A stretch of DNA of 64,000 bases. Source: an uncultured Spirochaetota bacterium. Its GTDB lineage: Bacteria; Spirochaetota; UBA4802; UBA5550. The stretch covers positions 160,001 through 224,000 of the forward strand of contig CAWHAA010000006.1 of assembly GCA_963827275.1 (NCBI GenBank), in the 5' to 3' direction. Shown here one piece after another: positions 50,136-60,348 of this stretch. The number at the start of each line of letters is the position of its first letter. Position 1 is the first letter of the stretch. A program made the position numbers and the translations under genes. A model generated the notes under the pieces. It saw only the letters and a program-made list of their open reading frames with translations, searched no databases and was not told the DNA's origin.

Positions 50136-50163
50136 TTGACATATAGTTTGTGTGGTATATACT
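50136..50163 (+). promoter_or_regulatory. sigma70-type promoter of the helicase-exonuclease operon
   Basis: TTGACA-16 nt-TATACT. Confidence 0.6.
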
Positions 50164-50219
50164 GTGACCGTTATCAGGAAAATGGAATCAATAACATACT
50201 ACGTGCGGGGTCATTGTAT

Positions 50220-52661
50220 ATGGAGCGTATAAGGCGGTTTATTGAATCTTCTTTCAGCAAGGAGATCCGGGCGAAATTTACAATCGACGGCAACCCGGGT
50301 TTATTCGTTGATTGCCCGGAAAACCTGAACCCTGAAATCAGGAAGATTCTTTCCAACCAGGGTATAACAAAACTGTATGAGCACCAGGCAGAGGCGTTCC
50401 GCTCGATCGAGGGCAACCTCCATACGCTGGTCGTGTCACGGACCGCGAGCGGCAAAACGCTCTCTTTTTTCCTTCCGATCATCAATGAATATCTCCGCGC
50501 GGACCAGCCTTTCACGGTACTGCTTCTCTATCCGACCAAGGCGCTGTCACGTGACCAGGAAAAGACATTCGGAAAGCTTATGGAAGTGGTTGAACGGAGC
50601 GGGAAGCTGGGCACCTTTGACGGGGATACGCCGCGCGATGAGCGTGAGCGGATACAGCGCTCGGCCGATTTCATCGTGACAAATCCCGACATGCTCCACA
50701 GCGGCATTTTGCCCAACCACAATAAGAAATGGCGCGGTTTTCTCTCCAGGCTCCGGTACGTCGTGGTCGACGAAGTCCACATGTACCGCGGCGCGTTCGG
50801 GTCGCATGTGTCAAATGTGTTCAGGAGGCTTCAGCGCGTCTGCGCCATCCACGGCAGCGACCCGGTGTTCGTCTGCTCTTCCGCCACCATACGTAACCCG
50901 CAGGAGCACGCGCGCCTCCTGTTTCATCGTGACTTCAACGTGGTGGATTATGATTCATCCCCCCAGCCCGATAAATATTTTTACTTTATAAACCCCGCGC
51001 TCCAGGAAAGCCACGGGCATGACGTGTACCGCAAGGGGCCGGCGTCGGTGTCCATCCCCCTCATCAGGGAGGCTGCGCGGAGGAAGATACGCACCATCTG
51101 CTTCTGCAGGGCGCGCCAGGAGGTAGAGCGCCTCTACCGTGCGGTAACCGACGGCTGCCCGGAATTGCGGGAAACGGTGCAGCCGTACCGGGGCGGACTC
51201 CTCCCGAACGAACGCCGCCAGATCGAGCGCGACCTCGCCGAGGGCAAAATACTCGCCATCATCACCACCAACGCACTCGAGCTCGGTATCGATATCGGCG
51301 ACCTCGACCTCTGCATCCTTTCAGGACACCCCGGCACGATCGCCAGCTTCTGGCAGCAGGCGGGCAGGGTGGGACGAAAGGGCACGCCGCCGGTGATCGT
51401 CTACGCGGCGAAAGACCGCCCGATAGACCAGTACCTCGTCCATCACCCGGATTTCCTCACGACAACGCCGATCGAACAGGCGCTTCTCAACCCTGACAAT
51501 CCTTATATCATCCTCCAGCACCTTCCCTGCGCAGCGCAGGAACACCCGCTCCGCGAGGCGGAGGACGGCTTTGACGGCGCCATCTACTCTGAGTCGGTCA
51601 AAATATTAAGGGAAGACAAGGTAGTCGTTCCCTATCACGATGCCCTGCGCTACGCGTTACAGGACTACCCGGCGCGCGGCGTCAACATCCGCGGGATGAC
51701 CGATTACAATGTCGAAATATATTGCGGCACGCAGGTGATCGGCGAGCTTGACCCGATCGGCGCGCGGGGTACATTGTACAAGGACGCGATATACCAGCAC
51801 CTCGGGCGCAAATACATGTCGATGGACCTCGATCTCGACAAGAAGCTCTGCCGGGTGGAGCCGATCGATGTCGATTACTACACCGAGGCGGTCTGGGAAG
51901 GAAGGGTCGAGCTGGTCGAATCGGAAGAGCTGCATGTTTTCAACAACGCGCGCATTGAGTTCGGCGCCATCAGGGTGAACCGCCAGCCAAAGCTTTACAA
52001 GAAGATACGCGAACGGACGTACGAAAATATCGGGTACGGTCCCATTACCCTCCCGGCGTTTGAATATGACACGACCGGTTTCAGTATCGTTGCCCCCCCG
52101 GAGTGGACCGCGGCAATGGACGCGAAAAACAAGCTCTATGCCGGCGCCGCGTACTTCGGGCTCAGCTACGTCCTGCGGCACGCGTCAACGGTATTCTGCA
52201 TGTCGGACATCAAGGACATCAATACCGATATCTCCCTCTATGAGGCCCTGCCGGGCGTATGGCGGAGCGCGCTCTACCTCTATGATACCATCGAGGGGGG
52301 CGTCGGGTATGCGGAGCGGGTCTTCGAGCGGATCGAGGAAGCGCTGCGGTTCTGCCGGGACCTGATGGACAATTGCGAATGCGAATACGGGTGCCCCTCA
52401 TGCGTCCCGTCCCTGCCTCCCGGTGTTGACAGCAGGGAGCTCGAGGAATTTCTGGTGGAATCAAACGCCGCGATCAAATGCACCGCGAGCCTGCTCACGG
52501 CGCTACTTGAAAAAAGGACCGTTCTTCCGGACATCATGATCGGGAAAACCCCGATAGAAAAGAGGCCTGCGCCCCCGGAGGACATCGAGAAAAAGCGCGT
52601 GGTCCAGAAGCTTGGACGCGCCGCACGGATTCTCAAGGAAAAGAGGGAGCGGCTCCATTGA
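50220..52661 (+). CDS. DEAD/DEAH helicase with a C-terminal Cys cluster (MrfA/YprA, DUF1998 type)
   Basis: TASGKT, YPTKAL, DEVH, SATI, QQAGRVGR, YDTIEGGVG, CECEYGCPSC. Confidence 0.9.
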   Translation: MERIRRFIESSFSKEIRAKFTIDGNPGLFVDCPENLNPEIRKILSNQGITKLYEHQAEAFRSIEGNLHTLVVSRTASGKTLSFFLPIINEYLRADQPFTVLLLYPTKALSRDQEKTFGKLMEVVERSGKLGTFDGDTPRDERERIQRSADFIVTNPDMLHSGILPNHNKKWRGFLSRLRYVVVDEVHMYRGAFGSHVSNVFRRLQRVCAIHGSDPVFVCSSATIRNPQEHARLLFHRDFNVVDYDSSPQPDKYFYFINPALQESHGHDVYRKGPASVSIPLIREAARRKIRTICFCRARQEVERLYRAVTDGCPELRETVQPYRGGLLPNERRQIERDLAEGKILAIITTNALELGIDIGDLDLCILSGHPGTIASFWQQAGRVGRKGTPPVIVYAAKDRPIDQYLVHHPDFLTTTPIEQALLNPDNPYIILQHLPCAAQEHPLREAEDGFDGAIYSESVKILREDKVVVPYHDALRYALQDYPARGVNIRGMTDYNVEIYCGTQVIGELDPIGARGTLYKDAIYQHLGRKYMSMDLDLDKKLCRVEPIDVDYYTEAVWEGRVELVESEELHVFNNARIEFGAIRVNRQPKLYKKIRERTYENIGYGPITLPAFEYDTTGFSIVAPPEWTAAMDAKNKLYAGAAYFGLSYVLRHASTVFCMSDIKDINTDISLYEALPGVWRSALYLYDTIEGGVGYAERVFERIEEALRFCRDLMDNCECEYGCPSCVPSLPPGVDSRELEEFLVESNAAIKCTASLLTALLEKRTVLPDIMIGKTPIEKRPAPPEDIEKKRVVQKLGRAARILKEKRERLH

Positions 52662-53437
52662 TACGCGGATGTTTCAGGCACCTGACGGGCATCGGCCCCA
52701 GGACTGCGGAGGCTCTCTCCGGGTGCGGGTTCGCCACCTGGGAGGACTGCATGGCGAATGAAAACACGCTGCCCTTCAACGGCAAGAGGCGGAAGCGGTT
52801 CCTGGCGGAGGTCAGGGAGAGCGCCAGTGCGCTCGGCGCGAACGATATCCGCTATTTCACGTCATCATTCCCTGCTGCGGAGCAATGGCGAATTCTGAAT
52901 GATTATTTCGGTGCGGCGGCATTTATTGATGTTGAAACCACCGGCCTGTCGCGTAATTCGTGTCACGCATCGGTCATAGCCGCATATTACCGGGGAGAAC
53001 TTCATTCGTTCGTGTACGGGGAAAACCTCGACGACTTCCTCTCCTTTGCTGACGGGGCAGACCTTATCGTCACGTTCAACGGGAGCTCTTTTGACATCCC
53101 GTTCATTGAAAAGACATTCAACATCCCGAGCCTTGACCGGCCCCACGTCGATCTCCGCTGGGTCGCGTGGCACCGCGGGTTCCGTGGAGGCCTGAAGTCG
53201 ATTGAACGCCAGATGGGAATACGCAGGCCATCACGCATCGAGGGGATAGACGGGTTCGAAGCGGTTGATCTTTTCTATAAGTGGCAGGCGGGCGACAGAG
53301 AAGCGCGGGAAAGCCTGATCACATACTGCGAAGCGGATGTCATCGCCACGTCGCTTGTCGCAGAGCGGCTGCTGGCGATGAATAATGCGGGCAGGGGCAT
53401 TTCTGACCCGGCAGAGGCATTTCAGAAGCTTGCATGA
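52658..53437 (+). CDS. RNase H-like exonuclease (MrfB/YprB type)
   Basis: DVETTG, TFNGSSFDIPF, HVDL, GGLKSIE, YCEAD; coupled to the helicase. Confidence 0.88.
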   Translation: MIRGCFRHLTGIGPRTAEALSGCGFATWEDCMANENTLPFNGKRRKRFLAEVRESASALGANDIRYFTSSFPAAEQWRILNDYFGAAAFIDVETTGLSRNSCHASVIAAYYRGELHSFVYGENLDDFLSFADGADLIVTFNGSSFDIPFIEKTFNIPSLDRPHVDLRWVAWHRGFRGGLKSIERQMGIRRPSRIEGIDGFEAVDLFYKWQAGDREARESLITYCEADVIATSLVAERLLAMNNAGRGISDPAEAFQKLA

Positions 53438-53451
53438 AAGCCCCCTGCGGG

Positions 53452-53679
53452 TCACAGTTTCTCAATTCCGACAAAGCCTTCGATCCCGGATAGTTCCTGC
53501 CGAACCCTCTCAACGACAGGCTCTTCGATGCGTATGCAAACGCCGCAGTCGGAGCTGATAGAGCGCGGGACGGGGATCAATTTGTGGGGAATGTTCTTCT
53601 CCTTCAGCAATTTATCCGCCCACATCGTCTGGTTGACGGATTCGAATATCGCCACATGGTATTTCGGTGATTCTTTCAT
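53452..53679 (-). CDS. DUF3343 putative Se/S carrier-like protein
   Basis: FES....ADK.L...LIPVPRSISSDCG. Confidence 0.85.
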   Translation of the reverse strand: MKESPKYHVAIFESVNQTMWADKLLKEKNIPHKLIPVPRSISSDCGVCIRIEEPVVERVRQELSGIEGFVGIEKL

Positions 53680-54281
53680 ATATTCACGGTAGATGACGCG
53701 GTCAGCATCAGCTCCTTTATCTCGTACATGTTCGATATAGCCCCGGCGGCAAGGCTGTTCTTCAGGTTAAAAAAGTCAAGGCAGGTCCCGCAGGCCAGTA
53801 TGCGCACGCCGTTTTTCTCAAGCGACCTGACATCCTCCAGGACAGGCGATCCTGACACAAGCAGCTTGACGCCGCTGTTGAAAAACACGATGACCTCCGG
53901 GGCCGGGCTGGTTTCAGCGAGGGTATGAAAAAAGCTTTTGATCAGTAGTTGCCCGAGCGCATCGTCTCCCCTGCCCATGACGTCCTGCGATAGAACGAGC
54001 ACTTTCGGGCCGGTCACTGGACATGACTGTTCAATTGCGGCACCCTGTGCGGGATCGGTTGACGCGGCCGTTCCGGTTTTTCTCAGCGTTATGTAAAATC
54101 CATCCGGTTTTTGTTCATAACTGACGGTACAACCGGAGTTTCGGGCCATCCGGGTGATATTTTCGAGGGCAGTTGTATTATCAACAATTGTCATTACCTC
54201 GTCGTGGGAACCGAGGGCTTTTTTTGTATTAATGACCGGCTGCGGGCAGGCGAGCCCGCGGGCGTCAACCGTATGTTTCAT
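53676..54281 (-). CDS. yedF: selenium metabolism protein YedF (TusA-like plus DsrE-like domains)
   Basis: DARGLACPQPVI; MGRGDDALG..L; NSGV; CGTCLDF; SNMY. Confidence 0.88.
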   Translation of the reverse strand: MKHTVDARGLACPQPVINTKKALGSHDEVMTIVDNTTALENITRMARNSGCTVSYEQKPDGFYITLRKTGTAASTDPAQGAAIEQSCPVTGPKVLVLSQDVMGRGDDALGQLLIKSFFHTLAETSPAPEVIVFFNSGVKLLVSGSPVLEDVRSLEKNGVRILACGTCLDFFNLKNSLAAGAISNMYEIKELMLTASSTVNI

Positions 54282-54504
54282 AGTTGCGACTCCTGTTGCC
54301 ACATCATAAGGCAATTTTGATGTGTGATGATGACAATTTCGTACTGTCTCGCCTTTTGTGTCAATATAAATAATAGATGTGTACTATTCAGATTATTGAT
54401 ATTATTTGGAAATAATGATCAGTATTTTCGGAACGAAATACTAAATATATGTTGACTATATATATTAATATAGCATACGGTGGCAGTATCAGATCAGTTA
54501 AACA

Positions 54505-55680
54505 ATGGATTGCAAAAAGATACTACACGTTGACATGGACGCGTTTTTTGCGTCAGTCGAGCAGAGAAACAATCCCGCTCTCCGCGGCAAGCCGGTGATC
54601 GTTGGCGGCGATCCCGGGAAAAGGGGCGTGGTTGCCGCATGCTCCTACGAGGCGCGGAAATACGGCATTCACTCGGCCATGGCCTCAAGCATCGCGCGCC
54701 GCCTCTGTCCACATGCGGTCTTCATGCGCGGCAACTTCGACGAATACATCCGGGTCTCAGAGGAGATCAATCATATTTTCCATGAATATACCGACCTGGT
54801 TGAACCTCTCTCCCTTGACGAGGCATACCTCGATGTCACTGAAAACAGGGCGAACCTGCCATCCGCAACCCTGATTGCGGCAGAAATCCGCAAAAAGATT
54901 TTTGAACAGACCGGCCTGACCGCCTCTGCCGGGGTATCGTACTGCAAGTTTCTCGCCAAGGTGGCATCAGATTATCGAAAACCCGATGGATTGACCGTTA
55001 TAACTCCCGCGAAGGCCGGAGCATTCATAGCCAGCCTTCCCATCGGCAAATTTTACGGGATAGGCAAAGTAACCGAGAATAAAATGATAAAACTTGGCAT
55101 CAGAACGGGCGCCGATCTGAAGAAGGTCCCGCGTAATGACCTTGTCAGGCTCTTTGGCAGGGTAGGTGAATATTATTATGACATTGCGCGCGGGAGCGAC
55201 GACCGCCCGGTCGAGCCGGAGTCGATAAGAAAATCCATCGGGAAGGAAGTGACCCTCGAGAAAGACATCGATGATAGAGACCGCATGCATGAGATTCTTG
55301 GGACAATTGCGGGCAGGGTCGCCTCTTCCTTGGCCGACCACGAATCAAAGGGCAGGACGATCACTCTCAAGGTCAAATTTGCTGATTTTACATGCGTCAC
55401 CAGGAGCATCACCATCACCGAACCGTGCGATGATAGCGACATGCTGTTGATGCACGCGCGCAATCTTCTTGCAAAAACCGAAGCCGGATTGAAAAAGATC
55501 CGGCTCCTCGGGATATCCGTTTCAAATCTGGACACGGCGGTAGAAGCGCAGGAGGAGAGACAGCTGCTGCTTCCATTTGCCGGCGGAAAAGAACCAGTGC
55601 GGCCCTGGATGCACGGTGAGCTGATACGTTTCCGGGGCTTCTGCGGTCAGAATTCGAGCGTATTGACCGCACGGGGGTAG
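54505..55680 (+). CDS. dinB: DNA polymerase IV
   Basis: [37 protein letters not shown], clamp-like QLLLPF. Confidence 0.96.
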   Translation: MDCKKILHVDMDAFFASVEQRNNPALRGKPVIVGGDPGKRGVVAACSYEARKYGIHSAMASSIARRLCPHAVFMRGNFDEYIRVSEEINHIFHEYTDLVEPLSLDEAYLDVTENRANLPSATLIAAEIRKKIFEQTGLTASAGVSYCKFLAKVASDYRKPDGLTVITPAKAGAFIASLPIGKFYGIGKVTENKMIKLGIRTGADLKKVPRNDLVRLFGRVGEYYYDIARGSDDRPVEPESIRKSIGKEVTLEKDIDDRDRMHEILGTIAGRVASSLADHESKGRTITLKVKFADFTCVTRSITITEPCDDSDMLLMHARNLLAKTEAGLKKIRLLGISVSNLDTAVEAQEERQLLLPFAGGKEPVRPWMHGELIRFRGFCGQNSSVLTARG

Positions 55681-57032
55681 GGAATCACGTCCCTGATGTT
55701 CTGCATGCCGGTGACGAACTGGATAAGGCGCTCGAAACCCAGGCCGAAGCCCGAATGCGGGACAGAGCCGAATTTCCTGAGATCGAGATACCACCAGTAA
55801 TCGTCAGGGTTAAGGCCGCATTCCAGGATCCTGCCTTTCAGCCTCTCGAGGTCGGCTTCGCGTTCGCTCCCGCCGACGATTTCGCCCAGCCGTGGAACGA
55901 GGATGTCCATGGCCCGGACGGTCTTATTGTCATCGTTCACCTTCATGTAGAAGGCCTTGATCTCCTTCGGGTAGTCGGTGATGATCACCGGCAGGCGGTA
56001 CACCTGTTCCGTCAAAAATTTTTCATGTTCGCTCTGGAGGTCTATCCCCCAGGAAACGGGGAACTCGAATTTCATACCCGACGCAAGCAGTTTGTCAACC
56101 GCTTCAGTATAGGTGATCCTCTTGAATTCGCTGGTTATGATATGCTGGAGGTTCTCGATGATGCCCTTGCTGATTCTCGAATCGAAAAAATCCATGTCGT
56201 CCGGGCATTTTTCTATCACGTACCGGAATATGTACTTCAAAAATTCCTCGGCAATGTCCATGTTGCCCCTGATGTCGCAGAACGCCATCTCCGGCTCTAT
56301 CATCCAGAACTCGGCGAGATGGCGCGAGGTGTTGGAATTCTCGGCCCTGAAGGTGGGCCCGAAGGTGTATATTTTCTTCAGGGCGCAGGCGTAGGTCTCG
56401 CCTTCGAGCTGGCCGCTGACGGTGAGAGACGCCTTCTTGCCGAAAAAGTCCTGCGCGTAATCGACCGCGCCGTTGAGCAGGGGCGGCCTGTCGATGGGCA
56501 GCGTCGTCACCTGGAACATTTCGCCGGCCCCTTCGGCGTCGCTGCCGGTGATGATCGGGGTGTGCACGTACACAAAGCCGTGCTCCTGAAAAAATGTATG
56601 GATGGCGAAGCTCATGGCGCTCCGGATCCGCGCGACAGCACCGAAGGAATTGGTGCGCGCCCTGAGATGGGCGATTTCGCGAAGGAATTCGAAGGAGTGC
56701 TTCTTTTTTTGAAGCGCGTATTCTTCCACCGGGGCGGTGCCGATCACCTCGATGCTCCTCGCGCTGACTTCTACCGCCTGCCCCTGTCCCGGTGACGGTA
56801 TCAGGGTGCCCCTGACCACCACGCTGCTTCCGGTGGTCAGGTCACGGGGCACGGTCATGGCCCCGGGGCCGGTACTGTCTATGACAACCTGGATGTTCCT
56901 GATCGTGGAGCCGTCATTGACTTCGAGAAACGTGACGCCCTTCGATTCGCGTTTGGTGCGGACCCAGCCTTCAACGGTAATTGCGTCGCCGTTGCCGGGC
57001 ATCGAGAGAATGGTTTTTATCGCGATGTTCAT
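55647..57032 (-). CDS. asnS: asparagine--tRNA ligase
   Basis: [43 protein letters not shown]. Confidence 0.97.
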   Translation of the reverse strand: MNIAIKTILSMPGNGDAITVEGWVRTKRESKGVTFLEVNDGSTIRNIQVVIDSTGPGAMTVPRDLTTGSSVVVRGTLIPSPGQGQAVEVSARSIEVIGTAPVEEYALQKKKHSFEFLREIAHLRARTNSFGAVARIRSAMSFAIHTFFQEHGFVYVHTPIITGSDAEGAGEMFQVTTLPIDRPPLLNGAVDYAQDFFGKKASLTVSGQLEGETYACALKKIYTFGPTFRAENSNTSRHLAEFWMIEPEMAFCDIRGNMDIAEEFLKYIFRYVIEKCPDDMDFFDSRISKGIIENLQHIITSEFKRITYTEAVDKLLASGMKFEFPVSWGIDLQSEHEKFLTEQVYRLPVIITDYPKEIKAFYMKVNDDNKTVRAMDILVPRLGEIVGGSEREADLERLKGRILECGLNPDDYWWYLDLRKFGSVPHSGFGLGFERLIQFVTGMQNIRDVIPYPRAVNTLEF

Positions 57033-57040
57033 GATGCACC

Positions 57041-58276
57041 TTAATAGAGATATATCGGGTGGGAATCGGGGTTCTTGCCGAAAAATGTTATATCGTCGAT
57101 CTTCTTTACCTTTTCCCCACGCAGCAGAGAGTAGAGCGTTCTCTCCACACCAATCCCGCCGCCCATGGTATCCGGAAATACCGGCGTTCCGTCCGGGTTC
57201 TTCATCGACGTGAAGAAGAGGAACGGCCCGTAGCCGCCCAGCTCGTTGATGTTTTCAATATTGCCATCCCTGATTACCGGACGGACCGGGAGGACCTTAT
57301 TGTCGATTATGCGCTCTATGATCGGCTCGAACAGCCATTCACGAATGGCGCCGGAGAGTATCTCCATCGCGGGCGATTGTTTTCCGGTCCGCGCGTCAGT
57401 GCTTTTCGCGAGTATGTCATAATTGAAAATATTGGCCGATGATATATTCTGCATATCGACTTTTTTTTCATGCGGCAGCAGGTACGGATATACCAGGTCG
57501 TAGTTTTCGCGGAGCAGGCCGGTAATCCAGAAGAACGGTGAAGCGCATTCTTCCCCTGTTTTTTCCTCGTAATGACGCGCGCCGTGCTTTTTAACGCAAT
57601 CATCCTTGCGGAAGGAGGGGAACGGGGACTTCGGGACTTCCAGCACCACTCCGAGGCTTTTCAGGCTGTCCGCGTTCTTCCTGTTGATCTCCTCGCAGGC
57701 GGCAATGATCAATTTTTCGAAAAATCGCATCACGATCTTCATGTCCTCGTTGAGTATCTCGGTCACCTTCTCCTGATTGTAATAATAATCATCGAGGGTG
57801 AGACCGCGGTTGCGCCTCAATTCCACATCTATCTGGGAAAAGTCCGCGAGGTAGCGTCCGCGCTGGATGCCCATGGGGCTTTCTATCTCGAGGCGGATAT
57901 TCGGAGAATCAACGAATATCCCCCTCATTTTCGGGTTTGAGCAGGCAAGAAACTTGCTGTATATCATGCTGTGCGTCGTCAGGTAGGTATGCCCCTTGTA
58001 CTGGATAGAAGGGGTGTGCTCTATGTCGTGAGCCAGCGGGTCGGTGATGATGCTCAGCATGACCCGCTCGAGGTTGAGAAGGCCCTCGTGTATCATGAAT
58101 TGGGTGGCGGCGTTAACAAAGCTTGTCCGTATGGCGGAGACGTGGTACATGTCTTCGGAAACCCACTTGTCCAGGTAATTCTCCCGGATATAGTCTTCCA
58201 TCGAGGATCCGTTTTCGTTGATCGCCGACTGGAAACGGTAGAGGCTTTCACCGATCTTTTTTATATTGTCTTCCAT
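57041..58276 (-). CDS. archaeal-type asparagine synthetase (AsnRS/AspRS catalytic-core paralog)
   Basis: ITDPL, HSMI..K, SPNIRLE...[12 protein letters not shown] (motif 2-like), [17 protein letters not shown] (motif 3); no anticodon OB domain. Confidence 0.72.
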   Translation of the reverse strand: MEDNIKKIGESLYRFQSAINENGSSMEDYIRENYLDKWVSEDMYHVSAIRTSFVNAATQFMIHEGLLNLERVMLSIITDPLAHDIEHTPSIQYKGHTYLTTHSMIYSKFLACSNPKMRGIFVDSPNIRLEIESPMGIQRGRYLADFSQIDVELRRNRGLTLDDYYYNQEKVTEILNEDMKIVMRFFEKLIIAACEEINRKNADSLKSLGVVLEVPKSPFPSFRKDDCVKKHGARHYEEKTGEECASPFFWITGLLRENYDLVYPYLLPHEKKVDMQNISSANIFNYDILAKSTDARTGKQSPAMEILSGAIREWLFEPIIERIIDNKVLPVRPVIRDGNIENINELGGYGPFLFFTSMKNPDGTPVFPDTMGGGIGVERTLYSLLRGEKVKKIDDITFFGKNPDSHPIYLY

Positions 58277-58566
58277 GTTGTTTAGTCCCGCTAAATTTAT
58301 TTAAACCACGGATCGGATTAATGCAGTGGCGGTTAATCCATTCACGAAGGTTTATACTCCGGCTAAGATCAACCTTCGAACATTTACGCACGTTGTCAAA
58401 TATAATTTTTTATCGGCGTTTACTATGTCGTTGCACGCCGATCCGCAACAATGGTATTAATTTACCGCCGTGTAACATGATAGGGGATATTAAGATTTAC
58501 ACAGCGAAAATTCATCTGTACATTGTAATTGTACGATGAAGTCAATGTTACCGACTGGAGATTGAC

Positions 58567-58836
58567 ATGGAAAGCAGCAGGCTGTTAGTTGAAAACCTTG
58601 ACAACCTGACCACCAAAGAGCACCTCGAGAGCATCTTCTCAACCTACGGAGATGTTGAACGGGTGATGGTGCGGAAGGACAGGGGGTTCGTGGAGATGAT
58701 GTCTGTTTCAGAGGCGAAACGCGCCAGGGAAATCCTCGACGGGGCGAACCTGTGGGGCAGGTCCATGAAAATCCACGCGATGAATGACACCTTCCGCAAC
58801 CGGGTGATATACCTGATAAGCAGGTTGTTCATGTAG
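58567..58836 (+). CDS. RRM RNA-binding protein
   Basis: LLVENL (RNP2), RGFVEM (RNP1-like), LDGANLWGRSMKI; GGAG RBS. Confidence 0.85.
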   Translation: MESSRLLVENLDNLTTKEHLESIFSTYGDVERVMVRKDRGFVEMMSVSEAKRAREILDGANLWGRSMKIHAMNDTFRNRVIYLISRLFM

Positions 58837-58955
58837 GAAAGGGGCCCCCGCGGTCCGGCGTGGGGATAGTATCGTCCCGTTGATTATCTCATCCGGCAGC
58901 TTCCATTCGCCCATTGAACTCTACCAGTCCAGACTGACGCGCATCAGCAAAACAA

Positions 58956-60248
58956 TCATAATCCGATTTTATCATAGATTGCCGGGATGTTCTTCAAAAA
59001 CCTGTTTAAATCGAACACGGAATCTATCTCCGCGCGGGAAAGCTTTGTACTTACAACCGGGTCCTTGATGCAGAGCTCTTGAAGAGTGCCCTCGCGCGAC
59101 CATACGCGCATGGCCATCTCCTGCACGATACTGTATGAATCTTCGCGCGCGAGGCCCTTTTCCACAAGGGCGAGGAGGAGGGTCTGTGAAAAGAAGAGCC
59201 CCCCGGTCTTCTGGATGTTCTCCATCATTGATTCCGGGTAGACGTGGAGGTTCTCGATTATAAAGATCATCCGGTGGAGGAGGTAGTCGAGCGCGATGGT
59301 CGAGTCAGGGAAGATGATCCTCTCGGCCGATGAGTGGGAGATGTCGCGCTCATGCCAGAGGGTCATGTTGTCGAGGGCGACATTCATGTTCGCCTTGATC
59401 ACGCGCGAAATGCCGGTAACCCGCTCGCACAGGATCGGGTTGCGCTTGTGGGGCATGGCTGAAGAGCCCTTCTGCCCCTTCTGGAAGGGTTCTTCAGCTT
59501 CACGGACCTCGGTCCGCTGCAAGTGCCGTATCTCCGTGGCGAGCTGGTCAAGGCTCCCCGCGCAGATCGCAAGGGCGGACATGAATTCAGCGTGTCGGTC
59601 GCGCTGGATCACCTGGGTGGATATGGGGTCCGGCGCGAGACCGAGCCGGGCGCATACGCGCTTTTCAATGTCAGGCGAGATGTTGCTGAAGGTGCCCACC
59701 GCGCCGGAAAATTTTCCGAACGATACCCCCTGTATCGCCCTGACGAGGCGTTCACGGTCGCGCTTGAATTCCTCGTAATAGAGCGCCATCTTTACCCCGA
59801 ACGTGGTCGGCTCCGCGTGGACGCCGTGGGAACGGCCCATGCACGGGGTGAGCTTGTATTTCAGCGCCTTGTCTTTCAGGGCCAGGATGAGCTGGTCCAG
59901 GCCCTGCACGATTATTTCACCCGACTGGCGCAGCTGTATCGAAAGGGCGGTATCAACGATATCGCTCGAGGTGAGGCCATAATGAATATACCTGCTCGAA
60001 GGCCCTACGTGTTCCCCCACGGCGGTCAGGAAGGCGATAACGTCGTGGTGGACCTGGTTCTCGATCTCCAGGATGCGGTCAACCTCAAATGACGCTTTCT
60101 CCTTGATAATTTTCAGGTCGCCCGGGGGAATCACGCCGTCTTCTGCCTGTACCTCGCAGACGGCGATCTCGATATCGAGCCATATCCTGAATTTGTTCTC
60201 AAGCTCCCAGATACCGGATATCTCTTTCCTGGAATATCTGTCGATCAT
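58956..60248 (-). CDS. purB: adenylosuccinate lyase
   Basis: MIDRYS, HDVIAF, GRSHGVHAEP, GSSAMPHKRNP, HERDISHSS. Confidence 0.97.
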   Translation of the reverse strand: MIDRYSRKEISGIWELENKFRIWLDIEIAVCEVQAEDGVIPPGDLKIIKEKASFEVDRILEIENQVHHDVIAFLTAVGEHVGPSSRYIHYGLTSSDIVDTALSIQLRQSGEIIVQGLDQLILALKDKALKYKLTPCMGRSHGVHAEPTTFGVKMALYYEEFKRDRERLVRAIQGVSFGKFSGAVGTFSNISPDIEKRVCARLGLAPDPISTQVIQRDRHAEFMSALAICAGSLDQLATEIRHLQRTEVREAEEPFQKGQKGSSAMPHKRNPILCERVTGISRVIKANMNVALDNMTLWHERDISHSSAERIIFPDSTIALDYLLHRMIFIIENLHVYPESMMENIQKTGGLFFSQTLLLALVEKGLAREDSYSIVQEMAMRVWSREGTLQELCIKDPVVSTKLSRAEIDSVFDLNRFLKNIPAIYDKIGL

Positions 60249-60296
60249 AGCGCCTCTCAAAAGTGTTATTGGTTCGAGACATATACAAGAGTAGTT

Positions 60297-60324
60297 TTTA
60301 TACAAAGCGTCATTATTATGTCAA
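60297..60324 (-). promoter_or_regulatory. sigma70-type promoter of purB
   Basis: TTGACA-16 nt-TATAAA on the minus strand. Confidence 0.5.
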
Positions 60325-60348
60325 TTCATAATGTTGCCCGGGGGCAAA

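Noticed and set aside
50220..53437. Helicase plus nuclease as an anti-phage system such as DISARM
   Set aside because: No methylase, DrmA/DrmC/DrmD or other defence genes; it fits an MrfAB-type repair pair
58277..58400. T-box riboswitch for asnS
   Set aside because: Too short; no T-box consensus or terminator
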